Shown one piece after another: positions 24,501 through 36,500 of a stretch of 64,000 nucleotides of DNA. Position numbers and translations under genes: made by a program. Positions within the stretch are counted from its first letter, which is position 1, and each line of letters starts with the position of its first letter. The DNA comes from Haliotis rufescens (Eukaryota). The DNA lies in NCBI RefSeq assembly GCF_023055435.1, contig NW_025964372.1, positions 43,710,001 through 43,774,000 on the forward strand, given 5' to 3'. The notes under the pieces were generated by a model, which was given only the letters and a program-made list of their open reading frames with translations, searched no databases and was not told the DNA's origin.

Positions 24501-27500
24501 GTTTTTGAAAATATCGTGCTGGCAGGCGGTGTCTTTTGTTTTTGGGCTGTTCAAACTGGTATGTAACCAAACAAACAGTTGTGTAACCAAATAAAAAGTT
24601 GTATACAGTCAAACTGGGATAGGGACTCCCTACATAAATGTATTTCCTTGATGAGTAAAATAGTGGAATACAGTATTTGACTACTGCTGGTCTTGGAATT
24701 ATTAATGAATTTTTGTTTTAAAAAAAAATGAAAATAAAAACAAAAAGTACGCATACTTTATGATGATGTGGGCAGTGCCTGAGAACCATGACTATTATTT
24801 TTTTAGCCTACAAATGTTATTATAGATACTAGAATTTTGTTTGACTCATTTCTCTGCCTTCTGTAGGGACCACCTGGACCTCAAGGTGAACCTGGTCTGC
24901 CGGGACGATCCGGGAAACAGGTATGTCATTCTGGGATGGACACACAGAAATTTGAGTCAGCATTCCCAGGTCTGAACTTGGCCATGGTGCCTTGGTGCCA
25001 ACAGAAGGTCACAACAAATTAAATATTTAGTAATGAAATGAAAAGATTTCAAATAAAAACATTTAAAAAAATTGATTGTGGCTATATGTTGTGGCTATTT
25101 TGTTTATCATTGTTATCATAATTAGGATTATCACAGATATTATTACAGCACTCAAACTTGCAACTATGAATCTATTTACAAGTTTGCGGATGCTTTATAA
25201 AGAGATAATTGTTATATAGCTGTAGTGTATTGTGCTGCAGGGTGAGATGGGTATTGATGGAGAGGGGTATAACTGTTATATAGCAGTGTTGAGCTATGAT
25301 GTATTGTGCTGCAGGGTGAGATGGGTATTGATGGAGTGAGGTATAACTGTTCTATAGCAGTGTTGAGCTATGATGTATTGTGTTCCAGGGTGAGATGGGT
25401 ATTGATGGAGAGAGGTATAACTGTTATATAGCAGTGTTCAGCTATGATGTATTGTGCTGCAGGGTGAGATGGGTATTGATGGAGAGAGGTATAACTGTTA
25501 TATAGCAGTGTTCAGCTATGATGTATTGTGCTGCAGGGTGAGATGGGTATTCCCGGAGTGCAGGGCAGCAGCGGTGGCCCTGGTGAGAAGGGAGATCGTG
25601 GTTTGAGAGGACCCCCTGGACAGAGAGGAGCACCTGGACCACCTGTGAGTAACAAATAAATCCCCATGACAGCATCACAAAAGTAATGATTTTTCAAATG
25701 GATGAAAAAAGTAATCTTGGTTCTCCCCTTGCTACGTCAGCAGAAAGTCCTCAACAAAACAATTATTTCCTCTTTAGTATGAATAACGACAACCCCAATT
25801 CACTCATGTTTTCATATCATTTATAGTTTAAAGAAGATGAGAGGCTAGTTTATCTTAATTATAAGTTTATGGATCCCCCTCCCAACTTCATCAAATGTTG
25901 AATAAAATTAAAATTGAAAGAACTCCTTTTTCTTTTGTCTGACTTTGTAAACAAATATATGTTAAAAGATCACATCCAAAGTAGGTCAATGAACCTTTAT
26001 TTATCATATGTCATTTCTCCCTAGGGTCCTAGTGGAGCTAGTGGACCAGTTGGACCTGTTGGACAGCCTGGACCTGTGGTAAGTTGGATCATGTACCATA
26101 TGTGAAGGTTTAAATACCTGGCTTAATCATATTTCTGGATATAACTGTATAAATAAATTGCAATTGATTCCTTGGCATTTGATTGGATAATCAAGCAATT
26201 TCTTTTGAATTTATGTTTCTAAAAAAAAAAGATAAAATTTGCCCATGCCCACCTGGACTACTGTTTCTTGATTCGTTGATAATAGAATGGGCGGGGCTTG
26301 TGTTGCATTATTGCATTGAATGATTGCATTGATTCTGTATTGTTGTCTACATTACGTTAGTGATTCAATAATCAGTCTGCGGAGTTATTCTTGTTGACAT
26401 ATTTTTTTATATGAATTGACTACTTTTGTGTATATGGAGTATAAACATAATACGTAAATGATAAATAATCTGTCTGTGCAGGTATTATTGTTAGAATTGA
26501 CTGTGTTTGTGTATATGGAGTATAAACATAATATGTTAATGATAAATAATCTGTCTGTGCAGTTATTATTGTTAGAATTGACTGTGTTTGTGTTTATGGA
26601 GTTATAAACGTAAAAAATGTTTTTCTTTAAGTTTTTACCTCCATAAATACCAAACATATTAAAGTCACTTCTAAAGTATCCCAATACTTCATATGTAACT
26701 GTGTCTCACTGTATGATATGGTGGGAAACTTGATCCCCTGAACTTAATGCTGATAGAGATATTCAGTTTAATAATATGTATTTCAGGGTGAACCAGGAGC
26801 TTCTGGACCCCCTGGTATTTCCGGAGACCAAGGAGCTATTGTAAGTATATCCCCCCACATAGTCAGCTTTGTTCACAAAAAGTGTGGTTGATATTGAAAT
26901 AAATAAGGTTTGTGTAAAATATTTGTGCACTACTTACTTCAGAGAAAGTGTCACAGTATAGCTATTCCGGGTAAAAATAGGCCTCCAGTACCAATACCTG
27001 CCTCTCCATGACTATTCCATGGCAGAATATGCCCCAGTACCCAATACGTGTGTCCTCATGACTATTCCAGGGCAGTATTGGCCCCAGTACCCCATACGTG
27101 TGTCCTCATGACTATTCCAGGGCAGTATTGGCCCCAGTACCCCATACGTGTGTCCTCATGACTATTCCAGGGCAGTATTGGCCCCAGTACCCCCATACTT
27201 GTGTCCTCATGACTATTCCAGGGCAGTATTGGCCCCAGTACCCCATACGTGTGTCCTCATGACAATTGCAGGGCGGAATTGGACCCAGTACCCCATACGT
27301 GTGTCCTCATGACAATTGCAGGGCGGAATTGGACCCAGTACCCCATACGTGTGTCCTCATGACTATTCCAGGGCAGTATTGGCCCCAGTACCCCATACGT
27401 GTGTCCTCATGACAATTGCAGGGCAGTATTGGCCCCAGTACCCCATACGTGTGTCCTCATGACTATTCCAGGGCAGTATTGGCCCCAGTACCCCATACGT

Positions 27501-30500
27501 GTGTCCTCATGACAATTGCAGGGCAGTATTGGCCCCAGTACCCCATACGTGTGTCCTCATGACTATTCCAGGGCAGTATTGGCCCCAGTACCCCATACGT
27601 GTGTCCTCATGACTATTCCAGGGCAGTATTGGCCCCAGTACCCCATACTTGTCTCAAGACTATTCCAGGTCTGGTTACTGTTCAATGGCTTGGCAGGCCC
27701 TGACTCAGGGATTTACAGGCCTCTAGGATATAGCTGCCTGCAGTGAAGAAAACCAAACAATAACTCACTGAGGTTTCAGTCTGAATTGAAATTTGACAAA
27801 CAGTTAATTTACTATAGCCAAAAGAAGGAATGACCAAACTGATGAAAATAATAATTTTGCTTTACTTTTCAGGGGCCAATTGGACCTGCAGGCCCTAAGG
27901 GAAACAGAGGCGTAAAGGGAGTGAAGGTACTGTCAACATGACACTTTTTACAGCTGATGATTCTGTATGTTAACTGGGTCGGCATGACCTAACAGATCCA
28001 GAGGAATATAGGGTTGTGTATGTTTACTGGGTCGCCATGACCTCACAGATCCAGAGGAATATAAGGTTGTGTATGTTTACTGGGTTGCCATGACCTCACA
28101 GATCAAGAGGAATATAGGGTTGTATATGTTTACTGGGTCGCCATGACCTCACAGATCCAGAGGAATATAGGGTTGTGTATGTAAACTGGGTCGCTATGAC
28201 CTCACAGATCCAGAGGAATATAGGGTTGTGTATGTTAACTGGGTCGCCATGACCTCACAGATCCAGAGGAATATAGGGTTGTGTATGTTAACTGGGTTGC
28301 CATGACCTCACAGATCACGAGGAATATAGGGTTGTGTATGTTAACTGGGTCAACATGACCTCACAGATCAAGAGGAATATAGGGTTGTGTATGTTGACTG
28401 GGTCAACATGACCTCACAGAACAAGTATTAGGTTGTATATGTTAACAGTTGCAATGACCTCACAGGTCAAGGGGGATATGGAGTTGTGTATACTGACAGG
28501 GTCGCTGTGACCTCACAGGTCAAGAAGGATATAGAGTTGTGTATATTAACAGGGTCGCTGTGACCTCACAAGTCAAGAGGAATATTGTGTTGTGTATATT
28601 GACAGGGTCACTGTGACCTCACAAGTCAAGGGGAATATAGAGTCGTGTATGTTATCAGGGTCGCCATGACCTCACAAGTCAAGGGGAATATAGGGTTGTG
28701 TATGTTATCAGGGTCGCCGTGACCTCACAAGTCAAGGGGAATATAGGGTTTTGTATGTTATTAGGGTCGCCTTGACCTCACAAGTCAAGGGGAGTATAGG
28801 GTTGTGTATGTTATCAGGGTCGCTGTGACCTCACAAGTCAAGGGGAATATAGGGTTGTGTATATTATCAGGGTCACCATGACCTCACAGGTCAAGAGGAA
28901 TATTGAGTTGTGTATAGTGACAGGGTCGCTGTGACCTCACAGGCCAAGAGGAATAATGAATTGTGTATATTGACAGGGTCGCATTGACCTCACAAGTCAA
29001 GGGGAATAATATAGAGTTGTGTATGTTATCAGGGTCGCCGTGACCTCACATGTCAAGGGAACGTAGTGCAGTGTATGTTTTCTGCGTACTTGTGATTTTA
29101 TGATTGTGTACAGACCCACTATGACTACATGATTGTGTGATAACAGGGTCACTGTAAAATACAGAAATTGTCAGTAAATCTCTCAGTTGTGAGACATGAT
29201 GTCACCATGGTCACCATGGCCCAAGAAATCAAGGGGGATATATGACTGTGTGTGTTAACAGGGTACCTTGAGTACAATATTGTGTGTTAACAGGGTCACC
29301 GTGGTCACCATGGCCCTACAAATCAAGGGGGATATATCATTGTGTGTGTTAACAGGGTACCTTGAGTACAATATTGTGTGTTAACAGGGTCACCGTGGTC
29401 ACCATGGCCCTACAAATCAAGGGGGATATATCATTGTGTGTGTTAACAGGGTACCTTGAGTACAATATTGTGTGTTAACAGGGTCACCGTGGTCACCATG
29501 GCCCTACAAATCAAGGGGGATATATCATTGTGTGTGTTAACAGGGTACCTTGAGTACAATATTGTGTGTTAACAGGGTCACCGTGGTCACCATGGCCCTA
29601 CAAATCAAGTGGGATATAGGACTGTGTGTGTGTTAACAGGGTACCTTGAGTACAATATTGTGTGTTAACAGGGTCACCGTGGTCACCATGGCCCTACAAA
29701 TCAAGGGGGATATATCATTGTGTGTGTTAACAGGGTACCTTGAGTACAATATTGTGTGTTAACAGGGTCACCGTGGTCACCATGGCCCTACAAATCAAGG
29801 GGGATATATCATTGTGTGTGTTAACAGGGTACCTTGAGTACAATATTGTGTGTTAACAGGGTCACCGTGGTCACCATGGCCCTACAAATCAAGTGGGATA
29901 TAGGACTGTGTGTGTTAACAGGGTACCTTGAGTACAATATTGTGTGTTAACAGGGTCACCGTGGTCACCATGGCCCTACAAATCAAGGGGGATATAGGAC
30001 TGTGTGTGTTAACAGGGTACCTTGAGTACAATATTGTGTGTTAACAGGGTCACCGTGGTCCAATGGGACTGATGGGAATGGATGGAGAGCCTGGCCCCAA
30101 GGGAGAGCCTGGCCCACGTGGAGTTGAGGGTACCAAGGGAGAGAAGGGCGACACGGTAGGTTTAGCATGCAAAAAAAGAGACATAGTTAAACACCTGCTT
30201 TGGCAGACAGTATAATCATATTGTTGATGTGAACAATAACATTTAGATAAATCAAACTTTTTTTAAGTGAGTTTAAGTCTTCAGTTGGGTCCAGTGTACT
30301 GGGTGAAAGGGATCTGCCATTGTTAGCAGTGCTGGTGTCAGTTATTGATGGTGAGTGAGTGAGTGAGTTGGGTTTAACGCCTTTAACAGTATTCCAGTTA
30401 TATCACGGCGTGTCAGCTTAATGTGGGAGGAAAGCCCAAAGTGATGCAGGTCTCAGATGTTTACCACTTTGGTGAAACCCACGAGCATGGGTATGGTGCT

Positions 30501-33500
30501 GTCAAACCTAGAAACATAATCGGGGCAAACCGGGATTCGAACCCACAATCATAGGTTTCTGGCGTGCCCAAGGGACACAACTCTGCACAGCGAATCGCGG
30601 CGCCTTAGACGACTGGGCCACCCATGCCCCCTCAGTTATTGATGGATTGAAACAGGTTGTTAAACCCATGGTTCTTTAAAAAAAATATAAAGTCTATAAG
30701 TGATGCATGTTGTAGCATATTTAATGTATATTTAATTTATGAGAGCTGTATCAAATCTATGTTGTATGATTTCAGGGCCCTGAGGGAGGTGCTGGACCTC
30801 AAGGTATTGACGGAACTCCCGGTATGCCTGTAAGTATGTTATAGCTGTCCATACCATTATGTCAGTACCTGCCTGCCTGTACATAGGTTATAGAGTGGAC
30901 GACATGGACGTTCAAAACTACGTCCAGGTTGGTACATGGACGTCCATAGTGTTCATGCCGTAAAAGGTGACTATGCTTGTCGTAAAAGGCGACTAATGGG
31001 ATCGGGTGGTCAGGCTCGCTGACTTGGTTGATACATGTCATCGATCCCAATTGCGTGATATTAATCACTGGATTGTCTGGTCCAGACTCGATTATTTACA
31101 GACCGCCGTCATATAGCTGGAATATTGCTGAGTGCGGCGTTAAACAACAAACCAACCAACCAACCATCATAATATGACCTTCCAGAGTGTTGATAAGAAC
31201 AGGGCTAGAACAGACCTTAAAATGGTTTCACAGATCCATATAGGATGTACATAGTCAGATAGGTTGAGTCAGTCAGCTGGTGAACTTTCCCTAGAAACCT
31301 AGATACTCAGTGTGATCAGCAGTTTTGGTCCCAAGGAACTGGAACCGGCTGAGGACTCCTCGAACATGACACAGCTGCTGCATCAAGTCCACAGGGAAGG
31401 TCCACCCTTAACAATGTCAGCAGTAGTTTTGAATATGAATGTCTATTTATTGAACATGACAGGTGTGTATACTATTGATTCATTTTCCTCCAATACAGGG
31501 TCCCACCGGCCCCCCTGGACCCAAAGGAGAGGCTGTGAGTATTGGCTGTCTTTACATCACCCACTCGTGATTCGTCAATACCAATCAGTTCTTAGGCCCA
31601 GGACCAATCAGTTCTTAAGGCCAGGACCAATCAGTTCTTAAGGACAATACCACTGTTCTTAAGACCAAATACCACTGTGTTCTTAAGGCCAAATACCAAT
31701 GTGTTCTTAAGACCAATATCAATGTGTTCTTAAGACCAATTCAAATCCGTTCTAAAGACCTGTGCCAATGTATTCTTAAGGCCATAATAATATGTCCTTA
31801 AGGCCAGTGCAAATGTGTTCTTAAGGCCATTACCAATGTGTTCCCTAAGGCCAATCCCAATGTGTTCTTAAGGCCAATACCAATGTGTTCTAAAGACCTG
31901 TGCCAATGTATTCTTAAGGCCATACTAATATGTCCTTAAGGCCAGTACCAATATGTCCTTAAGGCCAGTGCCAATGTGTTCTTAAGGCCATTACCAATGT
32001 GTTCCATAAGGCCAATACCAATGTGTCCTTAAGGCCAATAAAATGTGTTCTTAAGGCCAATCTCAATGTGTTAAGGCCAATCCCAATGTGTTCTTAAGGC
32101 CAGTATCAATGTGTTCTAAAGGCCAATACAAATCTGTTCTTAAATTAGTTGGTTTACAAAATAATTGGCCTGAACTATAATGTAGGTGATCCGAAAAGAG
32201 ATAAGTACTGCTTGTAATGAATGACAAACTCACAGGTCATGTCATCATGGTAGTACGATTGCAAAACAATATCGAAAGATAAGTAATTTTGTTGTTGTTA
32301 GAATGAAGATTTCTGCACACATTATTCACCGTTTCTTAGAAATGGGTTGTTATAAAATGTTTTTGTCTTTTTAGGGTATGACAGGACCCAAGGGAGATAT
32401 CGGAGGACTGGTGAGTGGAAATGATGATTTATAGCACAGCTTGTTCAGTCAGTATTCCATGTCTATACAGTGAAAACCTGTTATAGCACAGCTTGTTCAG
32501 TCAGTATTCCATGTCTATACAGTGAAAACCTGTTATAGCACAGCTTGTTCAGTCAGTAGTCCATGTCTATACAGTGAATACCTGTTATAGCACAGCTTGT
32601 TCAGTCAGTATTCCATGTCTGTACAGTGAAAACCTGTTTATCTGGATCCTGTTTATTCTCATCTCCTGGACATTTACTCTATTGAAAATCAGTCTATGAT
32701 TGTTTAGGGACTATGTATCCATTATTTGTTATTCCAGAAACTTGTATACTGGACGATTTTGTTACACGGGCTTTGTATCACAGCTCGATTGGCTGCCTGA
32801 GGTCACGTGCTCAAAATTGACCAATCACGAAACTTGTAGCAGATTTCGGCAAGAAAGCGTCATTAGAAACAAATTTTAATCCAATGAAATCGCTTGTTAT
32901 AACTACGGGGAAAAAACAGGCGATGTTACGAAAGCGCGATTACGAAATGAATGACCGCCGTGTTGTGACAGCAACTACATGTGTGTGACAGTTTAGCCTT
33001 AAATTGGATTGCCCACTAATTAAGAATATAAACTTCACTTGTGGTTCTCTTTTATTGCATGCATGCGCTTCTAAGATCAAAGGATGTATAGTGTGAAAAG
33101 TTAACTAGTAGAACAATCGTATTTCCGGGACCTGCCGCGGATGTTTTCAAACGGATTATTAGAACTCCATTCAGCGATAAACCGTTGATTATGCAATGAG
33201 AAGCGTTATGTGCAAATAAACAACGAACAACAATACAATCATGTCTGTGTAAAACTCTCAGTATTAAAAGTGTACATAAATTTATTGGAAGAGCGCAATA
33301 GCGAGCGATCACTGTATTTGCCTTTGAGATAATACACAGTTATCTCCCTATATGATAACAGACAATTATATGTCCATTAGAAAATGACCAAGTATCTGAT
33401 TATGCAATGTCTTGTCCAAGTGACACAGGAAGAAAGGGCCTGACCCCTATTCACTGACTCTCTCACTGTTGTAGGGCGCCCCAGGACCCCCTGGTCCCCC

Positions 33501-36500
33501 CGGTGATGCTGGTTCCCTGCCCCTGGCTGACATGGTACCCCCACAATCCTCAAAACGCAGGAGGAGAAGGAGGAGGAGGAGGCGACGATCTGTGGACGAC
33601 ATGGACATCCAGAATGACGTCCAGGTGGGTACATGGACGTCCGTGTTGATGTCCAAAGAGGTTATGATTTGACCTTCCACAGTGTTGATAATGACAATGA
33701 CCTTCCACAATGTTGATAATGATAATGACCTTCTAGTGTTGATAATGACAGTGACCTACCACAGTGTTGATAATGATAATGACCTTCTAGTGTTGATAAT
33801 GACAATGACCTTCCACAATGTTGATAATGACAATGACCTACCACAGTGTTGATAATGACAATGACCTTCCACAATGTTGATAATGACAATGACCTTCCAC
33901 AATGTTGATAATGACAATGACCTACCACAGTGTTGATAATGACAATGACCTTCCACAGTGTTGATAATGACAATGATCTTCCACAATGTTGATAATGACA
34001 ATGACCTTCCATGGTGTTGAGATTGACATTGACCTTCCAGTGTTGATAATGACAATGACCTTCCACAGTGTTGATAATGACAATGACCTTCCAGTGTTGA
34101 GATTGACAATGACCTTCCACAGTGTTGATAATGACAATGACCTTCCACAGTGTTGATAATGACAATGACCTTCCAGTGTTGAGATTGACAATGACCTTCC
34201 ACAGTGTTGATAATGACAATGACCTTCCACAGTGTTGAGATTGACAATGACCTTCCAGTGTTGAGATTGACAATGACCTTCCACAGTGTTGATAATGACA
34301 ATGACCTTCCACAATGTTGATAATGACAATGACCTTCCACAGTGTTGATAATGACAATGACCTTCCACAGTGTTGATAATGACAATGACCTTCCAGTGTT
34401 GAGATTGACAATGACCTTCCACAGTGTTGATAATGACAATGACCTTCCACAGTGTTGAGAATGACAATGACCTTCCACAATGTTGATAATGACAGTAACC
34501 TTCCACAGTGTTGAGAACGACAATGACCTTCCACAGTGTTGATAACAGTAACCTTCCACAGTGTTGAGAATGACAATGACCTTCCACAGTGTTGAGAACG
34601 ACAATGACCTTCCACAGTGTTGAGAATGACAATGACCTTCCACAGTGTTGATAACAGTAACCTTCCACAGTGTTGAGAACGACAATGACCTTCCACAGTG
34701 TTGAGAATGACAATGACCTTCCACAGTGTTGATAACAGTAACCTTCCACAGTGTTGAGAATGACAATTACCTTCCACAGTGTTTATAACAGTACCTTCCA
34801 CAGTGTTGAGAATGACAATGACCTTCCACAGTGTTGAGAATGACAATGACCTTCCACAATGTTGATAATGACAATGACCTTACAGAGTGTTGAGAATGAC
34901 AATGACCTTCCACAGTGTTGATAATGACAATGACCTTCCACAGTGTTGATAATGACAATAACCTTCCACAGTGTTGAGAATGACCTTCCAGTGTTGATAA
35001 TGACAATGACCTTCCACAATGTTCATAATGACAAAATAGATGACAAAGATGGTGGCGCTGACATCATTAACTCACAGAGTGTTGAAAATGACTGCTCTTC
35101 AAGAGCGTATGGTTTTGTAAATGGATGAAAATTACTAGATATACATCAATAATAAACTTCAATTTCAATCCCTGTGAGAAGGTTAGGAACAAATTATGTG
35201 AAGTGTGTAGAGTGAGAGTATATCTGGGGAGTCCAAACACTCAGTGGCACAGGTGGCCCAGTTGTGCCTGTGAGCATGGCTCAAATCCCAGTTCACTCTA
35301 ATTATTTCTAGGTTTGGGGGTGGTGGGGTAGCCTAGCCTAGAAGACCCAGGTTCGATTCCCCACATGGGTACAATGTGTGAAGCCCGTTTCTGGTGTCCC
35401 CCGCCATGATATTATTGGAATATTGCTGAAAGAGGCGTAAAACCATACTCACTCACTCACTCACTCAAGGTTTACCAGCACCATACCAGTGCTGATAGGT
35501 TTCAAGGTAGTAAACATGTAAGACCTACATCACTTGTGGCCTTCATCCCACATCAACCTGAAGTGCCATGATATAACACTGTTCAAGGGAGTGTTAAACC
35601 CAACTCACTCACTCACTCATCCCACATCAACCTAAAGTGCCATGATATAACACTGTTCAAGGGAGTGTTAAACCAAACTCACTCACTCACTCATCCCACA
35701 TCAACCTGAAGTGCCATGATATAACACTGTTCAAGGGAGTGTTAAACCAAACTCACTCACTCACTTGAAAAGGTCAGCAATGAGAGCAACCTTGTCTATT
35801 CCAGTCAGCATTCAACCGCCTCCAGAAGAAGCATTCGACCATCAGGGCGCCAACCGACGAGATCGAAATGAAGCATGTGATGAAGGAACTTGTGTCGATC
35901 GTCTTCAAGCATATCGACGGTCTTCAGGAGGAGGTACACAACATCAAGTACCCACGGGGAACACGCGAAAACCCAGCCACTTCCTGCCGGGAGATTATGC
36001 TCGGGCATCCTAACTTCAAGAATGGTAGGCAAAATTTACAACCAGGTCATTAAGAATTTCGTAAAGAATCTTTTACTGGCTATGTTGATAAATATTGTCC
36101 AGTCAGGATGTCATGTGCTGCATTGTCCAGTAAGATGAGAGGAGGGTGAGTAATGATGCTGGTGTATGGTGTCTGGTCGTACTAAGAGATCTTGAACCAA
36201 ATTTAGTCCAAGTGGGTCCCTGTATGTGTGGTGTAAGTTCCACAGCCCGGGGCACAAGTTAAGATCTTTTAGTATAGTCTTGAAGGTAATTTAAGGTACC
36301 GACGTTTACTACAATATCTGAAAAACTATCAGACCTACTCCAGTCAAAGTTGGTATGAGATTATTAAACAGTCATACATAACTGGATATTACATTAAAGA
36401 CAATCGGTGCATGAAGAAAAAATCTGTCTTTTTAGCTATCACTATATTTCATCAACAACCAGACCTGTTCGTCACGGGTGGAACAAGCATTCATTTGAAT

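Noticed and set aside
25236-25470. cag|g|gtgag as recursive splice sites or 1-nt exons
   Set aside because: True recursive sites are AG|GT with no spacer; AG-G-GT arises automatically when a collagen exon starts with a GGT codon.
27060-27650. ttccag|GSI-GPS in the 50-bp repeat as a duplicated collagen exon start
   Set aside because: Register is lost after two triplets, it does not match c31 closely, and the unit is better explained as retroposon-derived.
20112-30060. CRISPR-like appearance of regular repeats
   Set aside because: Head-to-tail units with no unique spacers, in a eukaryotic intron context, with no cas genes.
32760-33365. CpG-richer segments with CCAAT boxes (also 23470-23850) as internal promoters
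   Set aside because: They look like unclassified interspersed repeats; no supporting first exon and boundaries could not be defined.
33662-35019. 275-394 aa minus-strand ORFs
   Set aside because: Artefacts of the 26-28-bp minisatellite.
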